Shown one piece after another: positions 27,460-35,723 of a DNA stretch of 64,000 bases (positions are counted from its first letter, which is position 1; each line of letters opens with the position of its first letter). The position numbers and the translations under genes were made by a program. The DNA comes from Candidatus Omnitrophota bacterium (lineage in GTDB: Bacteria; Omnitrophota; Gorgyraeia; 2-01-FULL-45-10): assembly GCA_903843285.1 (NCBI GenBank), contig CAIMPC010000063.1, positions 4,627 through 68,626 on the forward strand. The letters are read 5' to 3'. The notes beneath the pieces were generated by a model. That model saw only the letters and a program-made list of their open reading frames with translations. It searched no databases and was not told the origin of the DNA.

Positions 27460-29126
27460 TTCTTTTCTAAGGTCATAGGATTGAACCTATTCTTTGCAAA
27501 TATATACCAGGCCGCGCATGATACAAATCCTTTCGAAGAGTCTACCCACTCATAACCGCCCGTCTTGTTAACGGTGTAAGGTAACGCCCTGGTTCTCCTG
27601 GAGGATATATTCCTATCGAACAATAATTTATCCATCTGATTTGCATAAAAGTATCCGCGCCCGGAATCACCATAAGCCATATATGCGCACGCCATGTGAC
27701 CGTTACCGTCCACCCAGATATTATTTACCTCTATATCCGGGCCATGAAAAAAACCCACAACCTTTTCATCCAGAATATCCAATGTCTTTCTGTACCTTAA
27801 GTCATACTCCGGTATATTAAGTAGATCTTTATATTCTTCACCCATCGCCAGCACTCGCCATGAATAGTTATCTAATGCCAGGGCCGGGCCCTTAACATTC
27901 GCATCTATCCACCCCTTAATCTTCGCGGCATATTCGTCTTCTTTGCATAGCCTCATCGCCGCATAGCAGTCAATATTAGCCTCCGGATGCCCATAGCCTT
28001 CGTGAAGCTTCTCATCGTTGTTACGCCAGCCATGCTGTATGTAGCCGCCGGGCTTATCGTCTTTATAATAGAAGGTTAAAAGATCTCTTATAAGCTTTAT
28101 TATCGTGTCATACCTGTCGGACTTATACTCTTTCTGGTAGTATTTATAGGCTATTAAAAGCCAGGCCATGTCTCCTATCCATCTGTCTGTACCCGCCGGA
28201 GCGTGATAAGCCTTTACCGGACCGGTATCATTCAATAACACCGATTGATAGAAACCGCGCGGCGAGCCTTTATAAAAGAAGTTCTGCAATGTCGGATCGT
28301 CATTGTTTACCCGTGTGGCATTCGCATAAAAATCCAATATTCGCTCTGCCCTTTCTCGCTCGCCTTTCAGAATGAATGCTATCGCTACGATACTGTTATT
28401 AAACGTCTGGGCAATATTATCTTCCATTGAGGATACGAGGGCCTTATCGCCTGATGATGTATCCTGCATGGCTTTCAGATATTCCAGCACCAGCGGGTCT
28501 TCCGCTATAAGCTCGGCGTCGCGCCTGGGCCTGAAACCATTACCCGGCAATTCCCTGTCCGGGTCCAGGACCGCTCCGCCCATACCGAAGCTCGCCTCGT
28601 CACCCGGTGTGCCGGGGCCGATCTCATCTATCATTACACTACCGCTTCCTCTGCCTGATATCGCAATCTCAAAGGTCACTATCTGATCTAATTTATCATC
28701 GCCGCCCCACCAATGGTCCGCATTATAAGAATATATGACGACTTTGGTCCATTCAGTGTACCTTTTAAGAGGAACCTTCTTTCCGAAGATAGAGCCGTCG
28801 ACGTCTATGAACTTCATTTCTATATCGCCGGCCCCGCCTGCTTTTATATAAAATTCTATCGGATCATTCTCGGTTATCCTGCCGGCCACAACTTTGGCGA
28901 GCGAAACCCATCCGGAATTTTCCTTAAGCATGTAATTTATCTCTAATGCCTGCGCCTGCCTGCCATCAAACGGTTTCACCGTAACCCAGCAACCATCGGC
29001 GGCATTGGTCGACCACTGGGACACATCGTTCCACAGCTCGGCAGATTCGCCGGCTATTGAAACGAACGACAAAATGGCCGTCAGACAGAAGATCGTTATT
29101 ATGCCTATTGATATTTTCACGCGCAT
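27456..29126 (-). CDS. Exported hypothetical protein: carbohydrate-binding-like N domain plus putative (alpha/alpha)6 glycoside-hydrolase-like domain
   Basis: 556-aa ORF with signal peptide, Trp-rich beta-sandwich-like N half, helical C half (WIGDMAW, EANIDCY, SCAAWYIF). Function is inferred only. Confidence 0.5.
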   Translation of the reverse strand: MRVKISIGIITIFCLTAILSFVSIAGESAELWNDVSQWSTNAADGCWVTVKPFDGRQAQALEINYMLKENSGWVSLAKVVAGRITENDPIEFYIKAGGAGDIEMKFIDVDGSIFGKKVPLKRYTEWTKVVIYSYNADHWWGGDDKLDQIVTFEIAISGRGSGSVMIDEIGPGTPGDEASFGMGGAVLDPDRELPGNGFRPRRDAELIAEDPLVLEYLKAMQDTSSGDKALVSSMEDNIAQTFNNSIVAIAFILKGERERAERILDFYANATRVNNDDPTLQNFFYKGSPRGFYQSVLLNDTGPVKAYHAPAGTDRWIGDMAWLLIAYKYYQKEYKSDRYDTIIKLIRDLLTFYYKDDKPGGYIQHGWRNNDEKLHEGYGHPEANIDCYAAMRLCKEDEYAAKIKGWIDANVKGPALALDNYSWRVLAMGEEYKDLLNIPEYDLRYRKTLDILDEKVVGFFHGPDIEVNNIWVDGNGHMACAYMAYGDSGRGYFYANQMDKLLFDRNISSRRTRALPYTVNKTGGYEWVDSSKGFVSCAAWYIFAKNRFNPMTLEKK

Positions 29127-29131
29127 CCTAT

Positions 29132-29338
29132 CTATATATCCTTCGCCAGTTCGATGGTTTTTTTTGCTTCATCGGGTTTAATCTTAGCTATCGCGAAACC
29201 GGCATGCAAAAGAATATAGTCTCCCAATTTTACATTTTTAAGCAGCGTAAAATTCACTTTACGCTTAAGGCCCATCGACTCCACCACACCATTATTCCCG
29301 TCGATCTCAATAACCTTCATAGGTATAGCTAAGCACAT
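29132..29338 (-). CDS. hypC: Hydrogenase maturation chaperone HypC
   Basis: MCLAIP, GDYILLHAGFAI. Confidence 0.97.
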   Translation of the reverse strand: MCLAIPMKVIEIDGNNGVVESMGLKRKVNFTLLKNVKLGDYILLHAGFAIAKIKPDEAKKTIELAKDI

Positions 29339-30456
29339 ATTTTCCTCGCCTCGGCGATAGCGACCTGCCCTATCGGTATCCCGTAATCGTTTGTATTGAC
29401 CGCGGATTGCGTATAAGCATCAAACCCATTCTTATTTAATAACGATAGCGCCTTCTTCTTAAGGTACATATTTTGGAAGACGCCGCCGCTTAATGCAACC
29501 TTATCTATATGAACTTTTTTGCGTAGGCGTATTGCAACATCGGTAATCACCCCGGCCATGGTATTATGAAACTTTGCCGATATAATATTACTACGCAGCC
29601 CTTTATCCATATCCGAAAGGATCCCCTTGATCGTCATAGACATATCGATTAAATACATCTCGTCCTCATACATGATATCAAATTTATAACATCCATTGCA
29701 CAATTCATCAGCTATCTTCTCAAGCTCTATCGGAAGCTCTGCTTCATAAGCCGCAAAGGCCTTAGCTAATACGATACTGGCTACGGCATCAAATAACCTG
29801 CCTGCGCTGGAGGTGAGCGGTGAGTTCATCCTCTCGTCGATCATCTTCCTTAATAACTTAAATCGTTTAACGCTAATCGTCTTCATGCAATATAGATCTG
29901 AATATGCTAGTTTTACGCCAAATGCCTTATAGAGATAGCTTACAGCCATCCGCCAGGGTTCGATCACTGCCGCATCACCCCCCGGCATGGGCACATAGCT
30001 AAAATGGGCAACTCTGGAGAAACTCTGTGCCCGGCCGATAAAAAACTCGCCGCCCCATATACAGCCATCAGGCCCATATCCTGTGCCATCAAATGCTATA
30101 CCTACCACTTCGGTCTTAATGCAATGTTCCGTGATCGCGCTGGCGATGTGTGCCTCATGGTGTTGCACATCGCAAATTTTTGCCCCCAACTCGGATGCAT
30201 GATCTCGGGCGAAACTACTGGAAAAATATGCCGGGTGAAGATCGCACACTACGATGGATGGTTTTATATTGAGCTTACTCTCGTGCGATTTTATAGCCGC
30301 CTCATATGCATTAAGATTATCAGGGTCATATAGTTCACCGAAACCATCGACCAGATATGCCCTGTCTGCCTTGGCGAGTGCGAATGCGCCCTTCATATCC
30401 GCCCCGCACGCCAGTATCGGAACCTTAACCTTAAACGGAAGTTCTACAATCTTCAT
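29329..30456 (-). CDS. hypF: Short HypF: Kae1-like carbamoyltransferase C-terminal part only
   Basis: CDLHPAY, VQHHEAH, FDGTGYG.DG.IWGGE, PGGDAAV.EPWR, SSAGRLFDA, SGGVFQN. Only 375 aa, with no acylphosphatase, Zn-finger or YrdC-like domains. Confidence 0.85.
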   Translation of the reverse strand: MKIVELPFKVKVPILACGADMKGAFALAKADRAYLVDGFGELYDPDNLNAYEAAIKSHESKLNIKPSIVVCDLHPAYFSSSFARDHASELGAKICDVQHHEAHIASAITEHCIKTEVVGIAFDGTGYGPDGCIWGGEFFIGRAQSFSRVAHFSYVPMPGGDAAVIEPWRMAVSYLYKAFGVKLAYSDLYCMKTISVKRFKLLRKMIDERMNSPLTSSAGRLFDAVASIVLAKAFAAYEAELPIELEKIADELCNGCYKFDIMYEDEMYLIDMSMTIKGILSDMDKGLRSNIISAKFHNTMAGVITDVAIRLRKKVHIDKVALSGGVFQNMYLKKKALSLLNKNGFDAYTQSAVNTNDYGIPIGQVAIAEARKICA

Positions 30457-30508
30457 TTCGCTCCGAGATTGTTCACTATATTATACCGCGCGGGGTTTGT
30501 AACCTGGC

Positions 30509-30530
30509 ATATCTAACCCAGGTTAGATAT
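30509..30530. repeat. Palindrome ATATCTAACC-CA-GGTTAGATAT; related copy near 59924-59939
   Basis: 10-bp perfect inverted repeat upstream of hypF; TCTAACC-A-GGTTAGA also overlaps the purC stop. Confidence 0.5.
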
Positions 30531-30566
30531 ATAGACAGGCATCCGCCTGCTTGTGGAGCTAAAAAC

Positions 30567-31370
30567 CTACACCACCACTATTGATATACCCTTTTGGTCG
30601 GCGAAGGATACAATCGTATCCCTGTCTATAAGGAGAGTCTTCTCTGCTTCTAAAGCGAGCGCTGTTCCCCCTGCTCTTGCTAAGGCCTCTACCGTATCGA
30701 GACCCACCAAAGGGATATCGAACCTCATATCCTGGTTGGGCCTAGCCATCTTGACAAGGACAAATCCTTTCTTCGACAGGTTACCCGCCCTGGCGATGGC
30801 TTCATCCGTCCCCTCGACCGCCTCGAGAGCAATTACGGTCTTGTTTTTAACAATAACGGTCTGGCCTATATCGAACCTGGCCAACTCTCTGGCAACAGTC
30901 TTAGCATAATCGATATCTTCCGACTCTTCTTTGTCCGGCTCCCTCTTCGTGATAATGCCTTTGGCGGGCATCAATTCCTTCAAATACGGGGTCGGATCGA
31001 TGATCTCTATCCCGAACTTCGCCAGAAATTCCGACACCTTATTAAGCATCGAGTAATCTTTATTGTCCCCGAGCTTGGTCAGCAGGGATTTTGTCTTCTC
31101 ATCGAATTTCCCGTCATCCTTAAAGAAAAGGTCTTTCTTTATTTTACCCAGAAGAACCACCTTATTTATTCTATTAGAAAGAACTGCAAATATCATCTTC
31201 TGTAAGGCTCCGAATTCGAACCAGATGAATTTATCAACATGATTTTCTAAATCGGTTGCGGTCATTCCATTAATGCCTATACCAACCACTTTATCACCAA
31301 GTCGTCTTGCGTTGTCCGCGAATATTATCGGGAGCCTTCCGGCGCCCGCCACCAAACCTATATTAGCCAT
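30567..31370 (-). CDS. lpxI: UDP-2,3-diacylglucosamine diphosphatase LpxI
   Basis: GLVAGAGRLP, DIGQTVIV, EAVEGTD, QDMRFDIP. Confidence 0.92.
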   Translation of the reverse strand: MANIGLVAGAGRLPIIFADNARRLGDKVVGIGINGMTATDLENHVDKFIWFEFGALQKMIFAVLSNRINKVVLLGKIKKDLFFKDDGKFDEKTKSLLTKLGDNKDYSMLNKVSEFLAKFGIEIIDPTPYLKELMPAKGIITKREPDKEESEDIDYAKTVARELARFDIGQTVIVKNKTVIALEAVEGTDEAIARAGNLSKKGFVLVKMARPNQDMRFDIPLVGLDTVEALARAGGTALALEAEKTLLIDRDTIVSFADQKGISIVVV

Positions 31371-31376
31371 ATATTC

Positions 31377-31847
31377 CTATTTTGCAGCATCTGGGGTAAC
31401 AAACGCAAACATCATCTCCGCCTCAGCCACAAGCTCACCGTCGACCGTGGCAATAGCGGCGCACCGCATGATACCCATCTTGGTCTTAATTATATCTACT
31501 TCCATTCTTATCGTATCTCCGGGCACAACCGGCTTGCGAAATTTCGCTTTACTGATAGATAGGAAATAGGCAAGTTTTCCGATATTCTCTTTAATATTGA
31601 GGGCTCCTACGCCCCCGGTCTGCGCCATTGCCTCCACTATCAGAACGCCGGGCATTATAGGCTGTCCCGGAAAATGTCCCTGGAAAAACAGCTCATTCAT
31701 AGTAACATTCTTAATACCCACAACTCTCTTATCGGAGACCTCTAAAATTCTGTCCACCAGCAGAAAAGGATATCTATGGGGAAGTATCTTCTGTATCATA
31801 TTAATATCTAATACCTTACCAGTTATTTCTTGAGCCTCATTTCCCAT
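31377..31847 (-). CDS. fabZ: 3-hydroxyacyl-ACP dehydratase
   Basis: [39 protein letters not shown]; AAGGAG RBS before ATG 31847. Confidence 0.95.
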   Translation of the reverse strand: MGNEAQEITGKVLDINMIQKILPHRYPFLLVDRILEVSDKRVVGIKNVTMNELFFQGHFPGQPIMPGVLIVEAMAQTGGVGALNIKENIGKLAYFLSISKAKFRKPVVPGDTIRMEVDIIKTKMGIMRCAAIATVDGELVAEAEMMFAFVTPDAAK

Positions 31848-31862
31848 GATAGTCTCCTTTTT

Positions 31863-31910
31863 GTCCTCCGGCAATGCTCAGGATTAAAAGCCCTGAGCCG
31901 GTCGGAGGGC
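31863..31910. repeat. Palindromic element at the lpxC/fabZ junction
   Basis: CCTCCG...GCTCAGG-loop-CCTGAGC...CGGAGG inverted repeat covering the lpxC stop; a similar degenerate copy lies at 33367-33408. Confidence 0.5.
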
Positions 31911-32741
31911 TTTTTGAGCCTTTAATCTGTTCACCAGTTCCATATTTAGTTTATGCCCGCTCTTAATGGCGACCACATGCCCTTTTATAAATTCACCTGC
32001 CAGATACAGGTCGCCGATAAGATCAAGCACCTTATGCCTCACAGGTTCATCCGAAAACCTGAGCGTATTATTGATCGGGCCTTTCGGGCCCATCACCAAA
32101 GTATTTTCATAATTTGCGCCCTTACCCAAACCCATCTTTAATAGCTCCATGGCCTCGCGTTCAGAGCAAAAGGTTCTAGCGGGAGCTATCTCTCGTTCAA
32201 AAATATCTTCATCTACGATAGCGCTGAAAAACTGAGTGCCTATTCCCGGGTATGCCAAAGTGTAAGAGACTTTAAAATTGTCATCGGGAAATACGGCCAG
32301 CATTGCTTCCCCCGCTTTACACCAGACCGGATTATTAATCTCACGGATCTTCCTGGGTGAATCCTGTTCAACTATTCCGGAACACTTAATCGCATCCAGA
32401 AATTCCTTCGCGCTACCATCGGATCCGGGCAACTCAATATTATCAATCTCTATGGTGACATTATCTATCCCGGCTCCGGATAACGCTGCCAATAGATGCT
32501 CTGTCGTCTGGATCTGCAAAGGTCCAAAACCCAGAGTAGTCCTCCGTTCTGCCCGCTCGGACTCCGAGAGCCGATCCATCGATTGTAAATTCAGCGCAGG
32601 CTTTCCGGGCAAATCTACCCTGATAAAATTTACCCCGCTATCCGCAGGAGAACTCTTAATCGTAAGCTTTACCCTATTTCCTGTTTGGATACCTATGCCG
32701 TCAATGGTAATGATATTTTTTATTGTTCTCTGCTTTACCAT
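31884..32741 (-). CDS. lpxC: UDP-3-O-acyl-GlcNAc deacetylase
   Basis: QRTI, TTEHLLAAL, DGSA, EIAPARTF, EPVRHKVLDLIGDL, SGH. Start set at MVKQRT. Confidence 0.95.
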   Translation of the reverse strand: MVKQRTIKNIITIDGIGIQTGNRVKLTIKSSPADSGVNFIRVDLPGKPALNLQSMDRLSESERAERRTTLGFGPLQIQTTEHLLAALSGAGIDNVTIEIDNIELPGSDGSAKEFLDAIKCSGIVEQDSPRKIREINNPVWCKAGEAMLAVFPDDNFKVSYTLAYPGIGTQFFSAIVDEDIFEREIAPARTFCSEREAMELLKMGLGKGANYENTLVMGPKGPINNTLRFSDEPVRHKVLDLIGDLYLAGEFIKGHVVAIKSGHKLNMELVNRLKAQKALRPAQGF

Positions 32742-32785
32742 CCTTAAAAGCTCCATCCTGCTTAAATATTTGTACACTGCCGGCT

Positions 32786-32825
32786 AATAGCAAAGCCTGC
32801 TTTTTAACGAGCAGGCTTTGCTATT
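32786..32825. terminator. Strong hairpin between skp and lpxC, probable terminator or processing stem
   Basis: 16-bp perfect inverted repeat AATAGCAAAGCCTGCT / AGCAGGCTTTGCTATT. Confidence 0.6.
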
Positions 32826-32840
32826 TATACCTGATATCAA

Positions 32841-33344
32841 CTACTTATTGAGTCTGGACAAGACCTCGTTAGTCAGGTCGTACTCTGTGCCGCCATAGAG
32901 AAGCATACGAGAATTCATTATGAAGTCGTAGCCATTTGACTTAGAATAGTCTGCCACAACTTTCTCTATATCCTTCAATATTAGGGCGAGCATATCGTTC
33001 CGCTCTTTCACAAGCTCATCCCTGGTCTTCTTATCAAAATCTTGCAGTATCTTTATCTTATTGTCTATAACCACCTGCTTCTCTGCTTTTGCCTTCTCCG
33101 ACAACAGGGCCTGCTCGTCTTTAAGTTTCCTTAGCTCCTCGATCATATTTGCGCGTTCGGTCTCTTTGGCCTTTCCCTTGGACTCTAAATTCTTTTCGGA
33201 ATCCTTGGTCTTCTTGTATTCGTCAAACACCTTCGCCAAATCCACATAACCTATCTTATACTCCTTTGCGGACGCTTGCGCGATACCGGAAAACATTCCG
33301 CAAACAAATATGACGGCCACTACTAATACTGCAAACTTCTTCAT
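32841..33344 (-). CDS. skp: Periplasmic chaperone Skp/OmpH
   Basis: Signal peptide, KIGYVD, coiled coil, YDLTNEVL; downstream of bamA. Confidence 0.9.
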   Translation of the reverse strand: MKKFAVLVVAVIFVCGMFSGIAQASAKEYKIGYVDLAKVFDEYKKTKDSEKNLESKGKAKETERANMIEELRKLKDEQALLSEKAKAEKQVVIDNKIKILQDFDKKTRDELVKERNDMLALILKDIEKVVADYSKSNGYDFIMNSRMLLYGGTEYDLTNEVLSRLNK

Positions 33345-33410
33345 CTTGCTCCTCCTTTTAATTAAACCCTTCGACTTTAATCAGGGTTAATACCGAGCCT
33401 TGTCGAAGTA

Positions 33411-35723
33411 TTAAAAACCCCTGCTCATGCTAAAATAAAACTGTCCTTCTTTTTTATCATCATAATTCGCTACTATAGGAATGCCATAGTCCAGCTTAAC
33501 CGGCCCGATTGGCGTCTTGACCCTTAATCCGATTCCGGCGCCGGATTTATAGCCCCCGCCCCATAGAAAATCGTTGGCTTTAGCCCATACATTACCCATA
33601 TCGCAGAAGACCGCACCTTTTACTATCTTCTCATATACGGGGAATGTCACTTCCGCGTTGAATATTGCAATAGCATCCCCACCTATAGGCTGATCTGATC
33701 CTGGATCTCTCGGCCCTACCACCCTCTCCTTATAGCCGCGTATCGTATTGGCTCCACCGGCAAAGAATCTCTCATATATTGGCACATCGACCGTGCCGCT
33801 ATATGCGCCGGCGGCACCGCCGCGAGCCTTGAGCTCTAATACAACCATCTCAAAGAACGAGCAGTAATAAGCCATCGTTCCGGTGCCTTTTATAAAATCC
33901 TTATCTCCGAAGAATATGCCGCCCGCATCCTCTATAGAGCCATTTACAATGAAGCCTTTGGTAGGCACATAGACGTTATCGCGCGTATCATACGTGACAT
34001 CTAGGGTAAGACTGGATACGACGTTAGATCCAACCTCTTCGCTAAGAGCCTGTGAAGCGCCATCTGCCAGATTAGATATCTTAATATCCTCTAATCTGTA
34101 TGTTAACAGCCCTTTTATGTCATCAGTGAATTCTTTTCCGAGCCTCAGGTCGCCTCCCAATCTTGTCTCATCATACGCCCATCCTATATCGTTCTGTCTT
34201 GCATGAGCCGCCCTATAGGCATCGAACCCAAACGAATACGGAGTACCAAATATCCATGGGTCAGTCCAGCTTATATTATAATCACTGCGAACCATGCCAA
34301 GCTCTGCCTTTATGCTAAGGTTCTGTCCACCACCAATGAATGTTGGGAAGTTCATTATATCGAAGTTTCTCTGTGTGATCTCAACGAATCCAACCAGCTG
34401 ATCGACCGAGCTATAACCGCCGCCGAACGAGAACTCACCCGTCTTTGTCTCTTTTACATTTACTACGAGATTCTGTACATCCGGATTATCCGTAGGCTCT
34501 GTGTCGAAAGAAACGTTTTCGAAGTATCCGAGGTTATAGAGGCGCTCCTTGGATCGCTTAATTCTATCTCCGCTAAACCTCTCGCCCGGATAGACCCTAA
34601 GCTCTCTTCTTATTACCAGCTCCCTGGTCTTCATATTTCCGCGTATATCAACCTTACCGACAAATACTGGCTCCTTGCCATCCATATTATAGATAACGTC
34701 GATTGTTCCGGCAGCTTGATTCAGGCTTCTATCCACGTCGACTATAGCGTTCATATAGCCTCTATTATAATAGAGCTGCTTAATTTCGGAAGCATCTTGC
34801 CTGATAGCTCTATTGGAGAACGGCTTGCCGGTCTTCATCGTGATCTTTGAACGTATGTCTTTCTCCGGAAGAACCAGATTACCTTTAAGCAATATTTCTC
34901 CAACCTTGTACAACATATTCTCTTTTATATTTATAACTACCTTCAGCGTCTGGCCATCCGTGCTATATTGCAGGTCTGGAACAACCTCGGCATCCAGGTA
35001 GCCTATGTCATCATATAAGGACTTGATTCTCTCCACATCCTCCTGAAGAACATCATCTTTATATACGCCGGGATTAAAAAGCCAGGCCGGTTTGGTCGAC
35101 AGAACCTTCTTTATATCATTCGTCTTTATGGCCTTATTCCCGCTTATGTTTATCGCCGAAACCTTAACTTTAGTCTTCTCATCGACCAATACGGTTACGC
35201 GGGCCTTACCAGTCTCTTTGTCGATATTTATCTCATACTTCACTTCTGTGAAAGGATACCCCTTCTTCGAATAAAAATCCTTTATCTCTGCGACATCCTG
35301 AGCGAGTAAAGCCAGATTTAACATCTCATTAGGCTTGGTCTTCATCATAGATTTCAATTTAGACGCATTAAATGCGGAATTACCCTTGAAATCTATATCC
35401 TCGACCACGGACTTTTCTTCTACCAGGAATACAACGGCAACGCCGCCGACTTCGTCTCTGACATCCACTGATACATCCGTAAAATAGTCGGTGGCATAGA
35501 GACGCTTTAGATCCTCATTAACTATCTCCTGGTTAAACGGATCCCCGGCTTTAGTCTTAACCTTGGCCAGAATACTCTCACTGCTTATGGCCTTGTTCTT
35601 TTCTATCTTCACGGCCGTTATAATCTTTGCTTCCGAGATTTGAGCGTTGATAGGACACGATGAACCAGAAAATAATATTCCTATCACGATCAGGCCAAGT
35701 GCCAGCAGCCTATTTAATTTCAT
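33411..35723 (-). CDS. bamA: Outer membrane protein assembly factor BamA
   Basis: POTRA repeats, GGGYSS, IRGY, TPIGPVKLDYG, aromatic C-terminus. Confidence 0.95.
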   Translation of the reverse strand: MKLNRLLALGLIVIGILFSGSSCPINAQISEAKIITAVKIEKNKAISSESILAKVKTKAGDPFNQEIVNEDLKRLYATDYFTDVSVDVRDEVGGVAVVFLVEEKSVVEDIDFKGNSAFNASKLKSMMKTKPNEMLNLALLAQDVAEIKDFYSKKGYPFTEVKYEINIDKETGKARVTVLVDEKTKVKVSAINISGNKAIKTNDIKKVLSTKPAWLFNPGVYKDDVLQEDVERIKSLYDDIGYLDAEVVPDLQYSTDGQTLKVVINIKENMLYKVGEILLKGNLVLPEKDIRSKITMKTGKPFSNRAIRQDASEIKQLYYNRGYMNAIVDVDRSLNQAAGTIDVIYNMDGKEPVFVGKVDIRGNMKTRELVIRRELRVYPGERFSGDRIKRSKERLYNLGYFENVSFDTEPTDNPDVQNLVVNVKETKTGEFSFGGGYSSVDQLVGFVEITQRNFDIMNFPTFIGGGQNLSIKAELGMVRSDYNISWTDPWIFGTPYSFGFDAYRAAHARQNDIGWAYDETRLGGDLRLGKEFTDDIKGLLTYRLEDIKISNLADGASQALSEEVGSNVVSSLTLDVTYDTRDNVYVPTKGFIVNGSIEDAGGIFFGDKDFIKGTGTMAYYCSFFEMVVLELKARGGAAGAYSGTVDVPIYERFFAGGANTIRGYKERVVGPRDPGSDQPIGGDAIAIFNAEVTFPVYEKIVKGAVFCDMGNVWAKANDFLWGGGYKSGAGIGLRVKTPIGPVKLDYGIPIVANYDDKKEGQFYFSMSRGF

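Noticed and set aside
33994-35274. Long antisense ORFs (for example 34203-34850, also 17379-18014 and 50221-51048)
   Set aside because: They lie wholly opposite well-supported genes, show no motifs and are typical shadow ORFs.
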